A DNA stretch of 64,000 nt from Trueperaceae bacterium (GTDB lineage: Bacteria; Deinococcota; Deinococci; Deinococcales; Trueperaceae). Made by a program: the position numbers and the translations under genes. The notes beneath the pieces were generated by a model. It was not told where the DNA came from. It ran no database searches and saw nothing but the letters and a program-made list of their open reading frames with translations. Of this stretch, positions 1-12,126 are shown one piece after another (the first letter of the stretch is position 1; each line of letters begins with the position of its first letter). The stretch lies in NCBI GenBank assembly GCA_965214405.1, contig OZ243956.1, positions 3,328,001 to 3,392,000 of the forward strand, written 5' to 3'.

Positions 1-185
1 CCCTCGAACGTAACCGTGACTGTGTCTTGACCTTCGGGAACGGTGAAGCTGTCGCCCTCTTTCGTCGCGGGCTCGGCGACTTGCCAGGTGGCGGGTTGGT
101 CGTTGATGAGGAGCTCGAGCGTGTAACTCCCCTGCGCCCAGGCGGTGCCGAAAATGAGAAGCGCGAGAACCAAAAAATGTTTCAT
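1..185 (-). CDS. Secreted hypothetical protein, N-terminal part only (runs off the window start)
   Basis: ATG at 185 reads MKHFLVLALLIFGTAWAQGSYTLELL..., a signal peptide with an AWA cleavage site. TATGGT -10-like box lies 5 nt upstream. Confidence 0.65.
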   Translation of the reverse strand, partial: MKHFLVLALLIFGTAWAQGSYTLELLINDQPATWQVAEPATKEGDSFTVPEGQDTVTVTFE

Positions 186-230
186 GCCCCACCATAGATG
201 ACAAGCGGGCGCGGGGCTGTAAGCTGAGTC

Positions 231-1445
231 ATGACGCCTCAGAGCGTACCGACGGACATCATTTTTGTAAAAGGGGAGGAGGGGGTGGTGCTGTCCGGCG
301 TCCCGCTGGCCCGGTATATGACGCCAGACGCGTTACGCGCCCTTGTGCGGGACAAATTTAACCTAGACGCCGTTTTGCTCCATGACGGTGGACTGTCTTT
401 AGGCGTCGAGGGTGCGCCCGTGCTCATGGAGGCGTTGGGGCCACTTCCCAAGAGTTTGGCCCGGACAGCGTGGCAGCTTCCGCCACATGATAGGCCGTGG
501 ATGCGTCCGGGCTGGTTTGCCGAGGTTGGCAAGTGGTTGGAGGATGTTCTCGAGCCCTACAGCGAGCATGTGGTGAGGCTCGAGCAGGTCAGCACTTACG
601 ACCTCGCGTGCGTCTTGCGCGCCCAAACAGAAAGCGGCAGCGTGTATCTCAAGGCGAGCGTGGACGCGCTCGAGTCTGTGGTGACGTCTCACCTAAGCCG
701 TAATTTCCCAGACCTTGTTCCCGAGGTTCTGGCGGTTCATAAAACGTACGGATGGCTTCTCACGCGCGGGGGCGGGGAGAGGCTGAGCGGCGCGGCGGAC
801 GTTAAAGTTTGGTCGGACGCGCTTGTTAAGCTTGCAAGGTTTCAAGGCTCGAGCGTCAACCTCCAATCTTTGGGAGGCGCTGTCCACGGCTTCGACACAC
901 TTGCTGAACGGGCCGAGGCATTTTTGAGAGATAAGATTACGCTCTCGGATTGGGGGTTGCGGGATGAGCAGGTAGACGCCCTTGCCGAACTCCCCCCGCG
1001 TATCAAGCAGGCGCATGAGCAGGTAAGCGCCTTGGGTCTTCTTGAGAGTCCGGCGCACGGCGACGCGCAGCCGATGAACGCGCTCTTTAACAAAGAGGGA
1101 AACGTCAGATGGTTCGACTGGAGCGAGGCGAGCGTCGCGCATCCCTTGATAGATGTTGGCTGGTGCCTCGCCTGGATAATGAACCCTGCGCGCGAACCCC
1201 TGCCGGTGTGCCGCGAGGATGGGGACGCCCCTGCGCGGTTGTGGCGCGGTTACCTTCAAGCTTTGAACGTGCCCGACGCCGAAGGGCTTATGGGAGACGC
1301 TGTCGTTTTGGCGATGACCCACCGCGCTTTGGTTTACCACGCGAAATACGCGACGTTTGAGGGCACCGTTCCCGGCTGGCGGCCCCGGTATGTGCCCTAC
1401 TATCTGAGGCTGCTCTTAAAAATGGTGCATATGGTGGAGAAATGA
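231..1445 (+). CDS. Aminoglycoside phosphotransferase/choline kinase-like (APH family) protein
   Basis: VYLKA, HGDAQPMN (Brenner-like) and FDWSEA motifs. Confidence 0.8.
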   Translation: MTPQSVPTDIIFVKGEEGVVLSGVPLARYMTPDALRALVRDKFNLDAVLLHDGGLSLGVEGAPVLMEALGPLPKSLARTAWQLPPHDRPWMRPGWFAEVGKWLEDVLEPYSEHVVRLEQVSTYDLACVLRAQTESGSVYLKASVDALESVVTSHLSRNFPDLVPEVLAVHKTYGWLLTRGGGERLSGAADVKVWSDALVKLARFQGSSVNLQSLGGAVHGFDTLAERAEAFLRDKITLSDWGLRDEQVDALAELPPRIKQAHEQVSALGLLESPAHGDAQPMNALFNKEGNVRWFDWSEASVAHPLIDVGWCLAWIMNPAREPLPVCREDGDAPARLWRGYLQALNVPDAEGLMGDAVVLAMTHRALVYHAKYATFEGTVPGWRPRYVPYYLRLLLKMVHMVEK

Positions 1446-1488
1446 ATAGGCGCATTCATAAGCGTCAGTGTGACCTCGGAGGGGGAGT

Positions 1489-1914
1489 ATGAACCCTCGA
1501 GCCTTCGCCGACGCCTACACCACAGCGGTTTATAAAGCTGGCGGTCTCGCTTTCACGCCCAGCGCCGAGGGAACGGGGGATGTCTTGTTCTCAGGCCGCG
1601 CCTTTGCCGTCGTCACGGCGCATAATCCTCGTAGCGAAAAGCTTTCGGACGAGGAAAACGAGCGGCGTCATGAGAAACTGGAAAAGGTTTTACGCGAGCG
1701 TAACGCTGTGTTCGGCCTCAGTGTGGGTGAATCACCCGATGGCGCGTGGCGCGAAGAGGGTGTGATTGTTTACGACGTTGCTTTGGAAGAGGCGCTCGAG
1801 CTGGGTCGCCAATTTGAACAGCACGCGGTTCTTTACGGTCAAGGAAACCACGTGGCGCTGGCTTGGTGTGATGGGGGGCTCGAGTGGTTTTATCCGGGGT
1901 TGATTAGCGAATAG
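1489..1914 (+). CDS. DUF3293-like protein
   Basis: VTAHNPRS...EEN, W.EEG and LGRQFEQHAV pattern. RBS GGGGAG. Confidence 0.75.
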   Translation: MNPRAFADAYTTAVYKAGGLAFTPSAEGTGDVLFSGRAFAVVTAHNPRSEKLSDEENERRHEKLEKVLRERNAVFGLSVGESPDGAWREEGVIVYDVALEEALELGRQFEQHAVLYGQGNHVALAWCDGGLEWFYPGLISE

Positions 1915-1927
1915 TCCTCATGCTTGG

Positions 1928-2386
1928 CTAAACCTCGAGCCTCAGCATCTCAACTTCAATCTCTCTCCCCACTTGGAGCCGCGCCAGCGACACGGGCAGC
2001 TTGAAACGTCTGGGTCCCGCGGCACCGGGGTTGAGGAAGAGCACGCCGTTCCGCATTTCTTGGAGGGGTTTGTGCGAGTGGCCGAAAATGACCCCGCTGA
2101 AGCCTGCCGCATGGGGGTCCAAATCAAGCTCGCCAACGTCGTGCAGCACGTAAAAAAACCTGTTCTTGATCTCGACAACATCCGTTAGGGGCAGCGCCTC
2201 GGCCCAGTCACCCCGGTCCACGTTGCCCCGCACCGCGCGAACCGGGGCGAGGTCGCGTAGCGCGGCAAGCACCTCCGGCTTGCCCACGTCACCCGCATGG
2301 ATGATGAGGTCTACACCCTCCAAAGCTCTTAGCGCCTCGAGTCGCAGCAATCCGTGCGTGTCGGAGATGACGCCGACCTGGGTCAC
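1928..2386 (-). CDS. YfcE/MJ0936-family metallophosphoesterase
   Basis: SDTHG, HAGDVG, VRGNVD, GHSH and NPG motifs. Confidence 0.9.
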   Translation of the reverse strand: MTQVGVISDTHGLLRLEALRALEGVDLIIHAGDVGKPEVLAALRDLAPVRAVRGNVDRGDWAEALPLTDVVEIKNRFFYVLHDVGELDLDPHAAGFSGVIFGHSHKPLQEMRNGVLFLNPGAAGPRRFKLPVSLARLQVGREIEVEMLRLEV

Positions 2387-3183
2387 TCGAGCAGCCCTTC
2401 CTCCCGTAGCAGCGTATCGAGACTGTCAAGCAGCATGTGAACCCGCACCATGAGATTCTGAGGCGGCGCACTCAGCACACTTTCGACATCAGCGCGCATC
2501 TCTTTTGGTTTCAGCGCGCACGCGTCCGCCCACGTCAGCAGCCGCTTTTCGCCGGGATGGGGGAGGCGGTTGACGGCAAAGAGGATGTCGAAATAACTCG
2601 CCAGGAGGGCGGCGAGGCGGTGGTTGACGCTGACTACGTCGTGGCGCTTTACGGCCTTTTCTAATTGCCCGGCGTACGACGACAGCGCGCCCCGCAAAAA
2701 CGCGTGATTTTTGGCGACGATGTTGCGCCTTAGCGCCTCGGGGTAGGGACCTTGCGCGGTGCGTTGCAAAGCGGCGTACCAGCCGCTGCGGTCGAAAAGG
2801 AGTTTTGAAGCGCGCACCGTATGCCAAAAGGCGGTCGAGTAGCCCATCGAAGCTTGAAAGTTCACGAGCACGTCCTCGAGCCTTTCGCGCATCCATCCCG
2901 TTTCCCAAAGCATCACGTCTACGTGGACGCCCGCCTCGACCCACTCGTCGCCGGGGCCGAAGAAATCGTTGTTGAGCTCGAGCCGGACGGCCTCATCACC
3001 CACGGCCTTTCTGCGACTTTCTAAGGGCAGCGGGTCGCATGAAAACACGTAGAGGTCGATGTCTGAGCCTGCCTCGGCCCGCTCGGTCGCCAGCGACCCG
3101 CCCAGGGCCACCGCCTCGACCTTGGGCAAGCCGCGGTAGCGTTCGGCAATCTTTTGGGCGAGGCTCAGCGTGGCGTGTGTCAT
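2383..3183 (-). CDS. Nucleotidyltransferase-domain protein (DUF4037-like)
   Basis: GGS...SDIDLYV nucleotidyltransferase motif and C-terminal HPGEKRL. Overlaps the next gene by 4 nt. Confidence 0.75.
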   Translation of the reverse strand: MTHATLSLAQKIAERYRGLPKVEAVALGGSLATERAEAGSDIDLYVFSCDPLPLESRRKAVGDEAVRLELNNDFFGPGDEWVEAGVHVDVMLWETGWMRERLEDVLVNFQASMGYSTAFWHTVRASKLLFDRSGWYAALQRTAQGPYPEALRRNIVAKNHAFLRGALSSYAGQLEKAVKRHDVVSVNHRLAALLASYFDILFAVNRLPHPGEKRLLTWADACALKPKEMRADVESVLSAPPQNLMVRVHMLLDSLDTLLREEGLLE

Positions 3184-3232
3184 GGCCTCGAGCTTACCAG
3201 GCTTTGAGGCTTGACAGACTTTTTGTTTCTTA

Positions 3233-3862
3233 TCACGCGTCCCGTCCCAATAAATAGTGATGCCACACGAGCCGCGCCGCCACCGAACGCCAGGGACGCC
3301 AGGGTTCGGCTAAACGCTCCAACTCCCCCCGCGTCGGCCTCGCTCTCAGACCTTTGAGATTCTGCGTCCCAATCACGATAGCTAAATCTCCCACCGGCCA
3401 CACATCGGGTCGGCGCAGCGCCATGAGCAGATGCACGTCTGCGGTCCAGGGGCCGATACCGGGGAGCTTGGTAAGTTGAGCCCTTACGGCGTCGTCCTCC
3501 AGGTGGTGAAGCGCGTTTAAGTCGAGGTCACCCGTCACCACCGCCTCGGCCAAAGCTCGTCCGTAGCGCGTTTTTTGGCGGCTAAAGCCCGCGCTTTTAA
3601 GCGCCACGTCGTCAAGCGCCAAAAATGTCTCCGGCGTGAGGGGCGAGGCGACCCCCTGAAGCCGCTCAAAGGTCCGCCGCGCCGACGTTTCGGACACCTG
3701 CTGACCCAGGATGGTGCGTAGGAGCCCGCCGAAACCGGGGTCGCGCGACCAGAGAGGCGGCGGACCGAGGCGGTCCACGACGCGGGCGAAGTCGGGGTCT
3801 TGGCGGGTGAGGGTCTCGAGCCCCCGCGCTAAAGTCTCGTCCTCTGTAAGGAGCCCACTCAC
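3233..3862 (-). CDS. alkA: DNA-3-methyladenine glycosylase II (AlkA/HhH-GPD family)
   Basis: ILGQQVS, HhH motif LPGIGPWTAD, PVGDL and WRPWRS. GTG start at 3862 chosen by eye. Confidence 0.85.
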   Translation of the reverse strand: MSGLLTEDETLARGLETLTRQDPDFARVVDRLGPPPLWSRDPGFGGLLRTILGQQVSETSARRTFERLQGVASPLTPETFLALDDVALKSAGFSRQKTRYGRALAEAVVTGDLDLNALHHLEDDAVRAQLTKLPGIGPWTADVHLLMALRRPDVWPVGDLAIVIGTQNLKGLRARPTRGELERLAEPWRPWRSVAARLVWHHYLLGRDA

Positions 3863-4160
3863 TTCAACCTTTTTCTTCGTTCTCGCTTTGTGACGCAGCC
3901 GAAAGGGATAAAAAGGAGCATGTTGCACTGTACCTTCTCACGTCATAACGTCCATCAAGACACCTGCCTATCAAAACACCTTTTTGACAGTTTGACAAAA
4001 TGTGTCAGTGGCCGAGGTTTGTTAAGGGGAAGCGCTCGAGAAGCGCGACCCCTCCATCCTTTGTAGCTTAGCGCCTTTTATCCCTCACCCTCTCTTCGTT
4101 AAGGTGCTAAACGCAACAAAAAGGTTGCAAAATTCGTTATCCCTGAGGGGGGAGTCCAAC

Positions 4161-5075
4161 ATGAAGAGAATGTTTACGACCGTCTTTGCACTCCTGTTGA
4201 CCATTTGCGTGGGCGCTGTGTCGGCGCAGGCGACCGGCGGCACGGGCGGTATGGCGTTGCCCGCGGGCGCAACCGACGGTTACGTCGAGCGTCCCGACGG
4301 CGCGCGCATCTATTACCAGGTGCGCGGCGAGGGTGAGCCGATGATGCTTATCCACGGTTACCCGCTCAACATGGGTTTATTTAGAGACAACGTCGACGCG
4401 CTTGCGGAGGCGGGATACCAGGTGGTCACCCCGGACCTGCGCGGTTTCGGCCGGAGCGAGGCCCCAGACGGCTCGGCCACCATCCAAATCTACGCCGAGG
4501 ACATGCTCGCGGTCATGGACGAACTCGGCCTAGACCAGGCCATCGTGCTCGGCATGTCGATGGGCGGCTGGACCCTGTTTGAGATGTACGATCAAGCGCC
4601 CGAACGTTTCACCGGCCTCGTTTTTAACGACACCGCGGCGGTGCCTGCGGGCATCGCGGAGGCGGCGCTGTGGCTCGGCGTCGGTCAGCAGGCCGAGGCG
4701 TCGGGTGTCGAGTCGGTCGTACCTTTCCTTATCAAAGACATGTTCACGGGCGAAACCCGCACCAACAACCAGGAACTCGTCGACTACTTGAGCGGCCTCA
4801 TGGAAGAAGCGTCGGTCAACGGCTTTCAGGGCGGCGGCGAGGCCCTGGCGGTGCGCGAGGACAACACGGACGTTTATGGTCAGATTAGCGTGCCGACCCT
4901 CATCTTGTTCGGCATCGAGGACACCCTCACGCCGGTTTCTTTAGCCAACGCGATGGCGGACGCGATTCCCGACGCGACCTTGCAGATTATCGACGGCGCG
5001 TCCCACGCCTCGATGATCGAACAAGCTGACGCGGCCAATCAGGCCATCCTGGACTGGGCGCAAGGCGTCCAGTAA
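4161..5075 (+). CDS. Secreted alpha/beta hydrolase
   Basis: Signal peptide, IHGYP, PDLRGFGRS, GMSMGG nucleophile elbow, C-terminal His (ASHAS). RBS GGGGAG. Confidence 0.85.
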   Translation: MKRMFTTVFALLLTICVGAVSAQATGGTGGMALPAGATDGYVERPDGARIYYQVRGEGEPMMLIHGYPLNMGLFRDNVDALAEAGYQVVTPDLRGFGRSEAPDGSATIQIYAEDMLAVMDELGLDQAIVLGMSMGGWTLFEMYDQAPERFTGLVFNDTAAVPAGIAEAALWLGVGQQAEASGVESVVPFLIKDMFTGETRTNNQELVDYLSGLMEEASVNGFQGGGEALAVREDNTDVYGQISVPTLILFGIEDTLTPVSLANAMADAIPDATLQIIDGASHASMIEQADAANQAILDWAQGVQ

Positions 5076-5104
5076 GCAACATCAGTTCAAAGTTCAGGTT
5101 TGAC

Positions 5105-5140
5105 ATTTTCCCCCGTGGTTTGACGCTCGCGGGGGAAAAT
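5105..5140. terminator. Probable bidirectional intrinsic terminator
   Basis: ATTTTCCCCCG...CGGGGGAAAAT inverted repeat between convergent genes. Confidence 0.7.
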
Positions 5141-5182
5141 CTTGTCTTTGCGTCTCACCGGCAGTTCCAAATGTCGTGCGCG

Positions 5183-6175
5183 CTAACGCAAAATGACCAG
5201 CGTCACAAAATAGTACGTCGCGGGCACGGCGAAAAGGTAGGAGTCGATGCGGTCCAAGACGCCGCCGTGACCGGGCAAGAAAAACCCGGCGTCTTTGACC
5301 CCGGCCCAGCGCTTGATAAGCGACTCGAACAAGTCGCCAAGCTGCGCGGCGCTGCCCACCAGGACGCTAAAGAGAATCGCGTCATAAAGGTCGACGCGGA
5401 GGCTCAAAATCCGCTCCAGCCCCCAAGCGGTCGCGGTCACGACGACGACCGCCAGGCCGAGGCCGCCGAACGCGCCCTCGAGCGTCTTGTTCGGGCTCAA
5501 CTGCGGCGCTAACTTGCGCCTGCCAAAAAGTGAGCCCACCACATAAGCGCCCACATCGCTCGCGGCGATGGCTAACACGGGGAATGCCAAGTACCAGAGC
5601 CCCACCACCCCGTCGGGGGTGTAACGCAAGGTGAGCGCGTAGCCCAACATCCAGGGGATATAGAAGTAACCGAAGAACGTAAAAATCATGCTGTAGAGCG
5701 AGTTTTCGTTGGGCCGGATGACCTCTAGGGTGATGAGGTAGAGCGCAAAAATGCCAATCAGCGCCTCGCGCCAGCTCACGCCGTCGAAGAGGGGCTGCAT
5801 CCCCGGATAGGTCACGGGCAACGACGCGGGCAGCGTCAGGATGGTCGCCACCCAGAGGCTGCGGCGGCGAATGGGGATGCCGCGCAGGTTCATCATGACC
5901 GCGTATTCTTGCAGCGCGACGAGCGTCAGGAGCAGGTACATGGGGGCTAGGAGCGGCAGGCCCACCCCGATCACCGCGATAGCGACCCCGAACGCGACGA
6001 GCGCCGAAACGATGCGGGCGGTGGGTAGACGCCGTTTTTTCTTACGTTGGGTTCCCCTCACGCGGTTAATCTCTGCCGGGTGTGAGCCCTGCTTTTCGCA
6101 ATCCCTGCGTTCAGTTCGTACAAGCCTCGAGTCACAACGGCCGGGACGGGGGCAGGTCGCGTCGGCGCGTGACAC
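5183..6175 (-). CDS. cdsA: Phosphatidate cytidylyltransferase (start uncertain)
   Basis: SPNKTLEG, GDLFESLIKR, KDAG..LPGHGGVLDRIDS signature. Follows frr. Confidence 0.93.
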   Translation of the reverse strand: MSRADATCPRPGRCDSRLVRTERRDCEKQGSHPAEINRVRGTQRKKKRRLPTARIVSALVAFGVAIAVIGVGLPLLAPMYLLLTLVALQEYAVMMNLRGIPIRRRSLWVATILTLPASLPVTYPGMQPLFDGVSWREALIGIFALYLITLEVIRPNENSLYSMIFTFFGYFYIPWMLGYALTLRYTPDGVVGLWYLAFPVLAIAASDVGAYVVGSLFGRRKLAPQLSPNKTLEGAFGGLGLAVVVVTATAWGLERILSLRVDLYDAILFSVLVGSAAQLGDLFESLIKRWAGVKDAGFFLPGHGGVLDRIDSYLFAVPATYYFVTLVILR

Positions 6176-6387
6176 ATTCTCAGGGCTCTTGTGCGGGAGG
6201 TCGGCGTCATCAAAGTGAGGCGCATCATACCAGGGCTCGAGCGTGAGAGCAGGGGAGACGCAAGGAAAATACCACGTTCATAAAAAGTGACTGAGGGACG
6301 ACCCAGCGTAGGCAACACCTAAACCTGCAAGAGTCAACCTCGGGCACTCATTTGGCCGATGCATGTCCATACGGGCGAATCTCATGT

Positions 6388-6413
6388 AAAAAGGCCGAGC
6401 AGGAGGCCCGGCC
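6388..6413 (-). terminator. Intrinsic terminator downstream of frr
   Basis: Minus strand GGCCGGGC-CTCCT-GCTCGGCC followed by TTTTT. Confidence 0.7.
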
Positions 6414-6454
6414 ACGCTTGTATATCGAGTTTACCGCCGTACTCACACCCGTAC

Positions 6455-7009
6455 TCACACCTCCATGATGTCCTCTTCTTTGCTCTTGAGGCGCTTGTCG
6501 ATCGCGCTCGTAAACTCGTCGGTAAGTTTTTGCACGTCGCTCTCGCCACTCTTCAAATCGTCTTCGGTGAGGAGGTTTTCGCGCTGCATCTCCCTGAGCT
6601 CTTCGTTGGCGTCGCGGCGCACGTTGCGGACGCTCACCTTGGTTTCTTCGCTCATGTTGCGCGCGGTTTTGACCAGACCGCGGCGGCGTTCGTCGTTGAG
6701 GGGCGGCACGGTGATGAAAATGGCGTCGCCCTTGTTGTTAGGGTTAAAGCCCAAATCGCTCTCACGAATCGCTTTTTCAACGTCTTTGACGACGCTCTTG
6801 TCAAAGGGCGTGATGAGAAGCGTGCGCGGGTCAGGCGACGAGATGGTGGCGAGCTGGTTTAAGGGCGTGTTGGCCCCGTAGTAATTAACCTGAACCCGGT
6901 TGAGAACCGCCGGGTTGGCGCGGCCCGTGCGGATGGTGCCGACGTTTTGCTCAAAGGCCTCGAGGGCGCGCTGCATCTTGTCCCGCGCCTCTTTTAGGAC
7001 TGTATTCAT
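6455..7009 (-). CDS. frr: Ribosome recycling factor
   Basis: IRTGRANP, VNYYG, P.LNDERR, VRNVRRDAN. Start MNTVLKE after AAGGAG. Confidence 0.97.
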   Translation of the reverse strand: MNTVLKEARDKMQRALEAFEQNVGTIRTGRANPAVLNRVQVNYYGANTPLNQLATISSPDPRTLLITPFDKSVVKDVEKAIRESDLGFNPNNKGDAIFITVPPLNDERRRGLVKTARNMSEETKVSVRNVRRDANEELREMQRENLLTEDDLKSGESDVQKLTDEFTSAIDKRLKSKEEDIMEV

Positions 7010-7295
7010 GATGCTCCTTTCGCTGATAGTCAATGCTGGGGTGGTCGATGGTTGGTTTTGGTGGGGCTGACTTGGCATCTTAGCGTTCAGCCCGTCACGT
7101 CAATATTACCCGCGCTGAACTCGAGCGTGTGTAGAAGGGACGGTAAAGTGGTCGTGCTGCTTTTCAAAGGGACGCAGCTAGAGAGATGTTCTCTTTTTCA
7201 TTTCTCTGTTACTGTGGCTGGTTACTGCAGCTGGTTACTTGGCTGTCTCCGCTGAGGCTACCCCTGTGACGGTTACGAATAGAAGCCGTGCATCC

Positions 7296-8105
<810 letters not shown>

Positions 8106-8150
8106 CTAACTAGGGCTCTGGATTCTAACGCTTCGGCCCCGCGCACGCGC

Positions 8151-8744
8151 CTACTCGCCTATGGCGATGCGCGAGAAGGTGCCCACCTGGATGTTTTCGC
8201 CCATCGTCGCCACGGCCTCTTTGATAAGTCCCTCGACCGTTTTCTTGTCGTCTTTGACGAAGGGCTGCTCGAGCAGCACCATATCGCCGTAAAACTTGTT
8301 CAGGCGGCCCTCGACGATCTTGTCCACCACGTTGGCGGGTTTGCCTTCTTCCTTGGCCTGACCCGCCAACACGTCGCGCTCGGCCTGCACCACGTCTTCG
8401 GGCACGTCCTCGCGGCTCCGGTAGATGGGGTTCGCCATCGCCACGTGGATGGCTAGGTCGCGCGCGAGTTTCTGGAAGTTCTCGTTACGGGCGACGAAGT
8501 CGGTTTCGCAGTTGAGTTCGACCAAGGTGGCGATCTTACCGTTGTGGTGGACGTACGAGCCTACGAAACCCTCGCTCGCCTCGCGGTCGGCCTTTTTGGA
8601 GGCCTTGGCGATGCCGCGCTCGCGCAGCAGCGTCGCCGCTCTTTCTAGGTTACCGTCGGTTTCTTGAAGCGTGTTCTTCACGTCCATCATGCCCGCGCCG
8701 GTCATGGCGCGCAACTTTTTGATGTCTTGCATACTTACAGCCAC
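8151..8744 (-). CDS. tsf: Elongation factor Ts (short, Thermus-type, 197 aa)
   Basis: KKLRAMTGAGMMD, ELNCETDFVARN. Confidence 0.97.
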   Translation of the reverse strand: MAVSMQDIKKLRAMTGAGMMDVKNTLQETDGNLERAATLLRERGIAKASKKADREASEGFVGSYVHHNGKIATLVELNCETDFVARNENFQKLARDLAIHVAMANPIYRSREDVPEDVVQAERDVLAGQAKEEGKPANVVDKIVEGRLNKFYGDMVLLEQPFVKDDKKTVEGLIKEAVATMGENIQVGTFSRIAIGE

Positions 8745-8924
8745 GTCTAAACTCCTCTCGAGCTTCTGCCTTGCGTTCTGCTATGTGAGTTTTGTTGGTT
8801 GTTGTGAATGTTGGCACCGCTACCGGCTTTGCGCCTTCACCGTCAAGTTTTGAGCGAGAGCAGAGGGTGTAAATCTCTGCTCGAGCTCTTTCATCACGTT
8901 GGCGGGGTGCCGTCCGCCAAGACT

Positions 8925-9779
8925 CTAAGCTTCCTCTTTCTCCAAATACTCCCCGTAAGGGTTCTCCTCGTCCTCATCGTCGGCCCCGCGTTTGGCGGCC
9001 ATCGCAATGGTTCGTTCGGGGGAGGAGACGGGGGTCGGCAGCGTTTCGCGCGCGTTTTCTCCCGCGCCCGCTTCGCTTGGGGTGCTCTCTTCCGCCGCGC
9101 CGCCGCGCACCTCGATAATCGCGTCCGACAGACGCGCCGTCACGAGTTGGATGGAGCGAATCGCGTCGTCGTTGCCGGGCACGATGTAGTCGAGCACGTC
9201 GGGGTCGGAGTCGGTATCCGCGAGCGCGACCACGGGCACGCCCAGCTTGTTGGCCTCGCGCACCGCGATGGCCTCTTTGGTGGGGTCCACGATAAAGAGC
9301 GCGTCGGGGAGCCGGGTCATCTCCTTGATGCCGCCCAGGTAACGCTGGAGGCGCAAGAGCTCTTTGCCTAGGTCGATCTGCTCCTTTTTGCTAAAGCGCA
9401 AAATGGTCTCGTCCTCAAAGGCCCTTTCCAAGTCTTTCAAGCGCTCGACCCGCGTGCGAATCGTTTTGAAGTTCGTTAAAGTCCCGCCCAGCCAGCGCTC
9501 GTTTAAGTAGGGCATCCCGCAGCGCTTGGCCTCGGCGGCCAGAATCTCTTGCGCCTGCTTTTTGGTGCCGACAAACAGAATCGTGCCGCCCCTCGAGGCG
9601 ACGTCGCGCAAAAAGTCGAAGGCCTTGTCCGATTCGACCAGCGTCTTTTGCAGGTCGATAATAAAAATTCCGTTGCGCTCGGCGAAAATGTAGCGCTTCA
9701 TCTTGGGGTTCCACTGCTTGGTCTCGTGACCGAAGTGGACGCCTGCTTCGAGAAGCTGTTTCATACCCAGATACGACAT
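8925..9779 (-). CDS. rpsB: 30S ribosomal protein S2
   Basis: [37 protein letters not shown] 9779 after GGAGG. Confidence 0.98.
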   Translation of the reverse strand: MSYLGMKQLLEAGVHFGHETKQWNPKMKRYIFAERNGIFIIDLQKTLVESDKAFDFLRDVASRGGTILFVGTKKQAQEILAAEAKRCGMPYLNERWLGGTLTNFKTIRTRVERLKDLERAFEDETILRFSKKEQIDLGKELLRLQRYLGGIKEMTRLPDALFIVDPTKEAIAVREANKLGVPVVALADTDSDPDVLDYIVPGNDDAIRSIQLVTARLSDAIIEVRGGAAEESTPSEAGAGENARETLPTPVSSPERTIAMAAKRGADDEDEENPYGEYLEKEEA

Positions 9780-9900
9780 GGTTCCTCCAAAGGCGGGACG
9801 TTGAGCGAGAGATGTGTGTAGCGTTTTCACCCGTACTGAGCAGATAAAGTGCAGGAATTGCCCTTTAGGCCGCGTTCCAAACGGGTAACGCGTAGGCTGA
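9780..9900 (-). promoter_or_regulatory. Structured rpsB 5' leader (possible S2 autoregulatory RNA)
   Basis: Minus strand GCGTT-ACCCGT ... ACGGGT-GAA-AACGC long-range pairing just upstream of the RBS. Confidence 0.45.
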
Positions 9901-10069
9901 CTCATGCTCAAACCAGATGATACCTGCTACAAGGGCAAAAGGGGGCCGCGCGGACATCCCGCTGCCGCGCGGCTATTGCCAAAGAACTAGCTTAACTTAC
10001 ACTTACGTGCCAAAGCAAATTTTATAAAACATCTGGGGAGGCTCGAGCCGACCCGAAACCAACCAAGGG

Positions 10070-11230
10070 TTAACGCAGCGAGCCTTGCGCGTCTCGAGCA
10101 GGACCGTATTCGGGGTCGATTTCCAGCGCGCGGGCGTAGGCGACCGCGGCCTCGGCGGCGTCTCCGGCCTCACCCCGCGCCTCGTAAGCCTGACCGAGCC
10201 AGTAGAACCCTTCAGCGGTCACGGGCGGCAGCAGCGCGCCTTTTTGCGCTTCGGTCACCGCGTCCGCAACGCGACCCTGCTGAAGGTATGCGCGCGCCAG
10301 ATAGGTGTAGAGCGGGGGTAAGCTACCGTTGCTCAGTTTAGCGGCCTGTTCTAAACGGGGCACAGCGCCCGCGACGTCGCCGCACTCGAAAAGCGCGATG
10401 GCGAGGTTGGCCGCGGCGGAGAGGTTGTTGGGGTCCAGACTCGTCGCCTGCGTGAGTTCGAATTCGGCGTCTTCGCAGTTCTCGAGCCTAAAGTACGTGT
10501 CGCCTAACTCACTATGCGCCTGCGCGCTCGCGGGGTCGAGGGTGACCGCGCGCTTAAAGGCGGTTTCCGCTTCTTCCAACTGCCCCAACTGGCGGTAGGT
10601 TTTGCCCAGGTTGATTTGCATCGCGGCGCGGTCGGTGGCGCTGTAAGTGTCTTCGGACGCGCCGCTGATGGCGTTTTGAAAGGCGGCCTGCGCGCCCGCG
10701 TAGTCGCCCGACTGATAAAGGATCACGGCCTTGGTGTTGGCGACGTCGGGGGTGCTCCCCAGACGCTCGGCGGTGGTGACGGCCTCGAGCGCGTCCACCA
10801 ACCTGTTTGGAAAACGCTGGCTGTCGCTCACGTACTGGTCAAGGTAGGCGCGCGCGAGCTGGTTGTAGGCGCTCACGCTGTTGGGGTTGCTCGAGATGAC
10901 GTTTTGATACTCCTGGACGCCCAAGTCGAACGCTTCTTGGCACACGAGCGCGTCGCCCTTGCCGATGGCGGCGGCCTCGTTGGTGGGCTCACGCTCCAAG
11001 GCTTGCTGGAACCTCAGTTGGGCCAGTTCGCAGCTGTCTCTCGAGAGGTAAAAGTCGGCCTCCTGGACGAGTTCTTCGACGCTCTGCGTCTCGGTCTGGG
11101 CCACCGTAAATGAGCCCGCCAGAAACAGGGTGAGGGGCAAAGCGAGGAGAAAGCACCGTAAAATATAACGAGTTTGTGTCAACCTATCCTCCATCACGGC
11201 TGAAGCCGTCGGGTTCTGAAATCGCGGCAT
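10070..11230 (-). CDS. Tetratricopeptide-repeat protein, exported or membrane-anchored (start uncertain)
   Basis: N-terminal hydrophobic segment, then many TPR repeats (A..LDP..A.A...LG..Y). Confidence 0.85.
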   Translation of the reverse strand: MPRFQNPTASAVMEDRLTQTRYILRCFLLALPLTLFLAGSFTVAQTETQSVEELVQEADFYLSRDSCELAQLRFQQALEREPTNEAAAIGKGDALVCQEAFDLGVQEYQNVISSNPNSVSAYNQLARAYLDQYVSDSQRFPNRLVDALEAVTTAERLGSTPDVANTKAVILYQSGDYAGAQAAFQNAISGASEDTYSATDRAAMQINLGKTYRQLGQLEEAETAFKRAVTLDPASAQAHSELGDTYFRLENCEDAEFELTQATSLDPNNLSAAANLAIALFECGDVAGAVPRLEQAAKLSNGSLPPLYTYLARAYLQQGRVADAVTEAQKGALLPPVTAEGFYWLGQAYEARGEAGDAAEAAVAYARALEIDPEYGPARDAQGSLR

Positions 11231-11346
11231 TTTAACCCCCTGAACGTGTCTCTGGCAAGCGCCCCGCGCGCCACCCGGGTCTCTATTTATCATGACCAAG
11301 GACTGTGAGAGCGGCGTGTGGGGCGGAAAAGGGGTCGCTTCAAACA

Positions 11347-12036
<690 letters not shown>

Positions 12037-12126
12037 GGAGGCTATCTTAACCCCTGCGGCCCGCGCCCCGTTACCCCAGAGGGTAGGGCTCGAGCCCCAA
12101 CATCTCCCAATTTCCCAGTGGACGGC

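Noticed and set aside
231..1445. Antibiotic resistance calls for the APH-family gene and the deaminase at 41768
   Set aside because: Only family-level motifs are visible, so substrates cannot be inferred.
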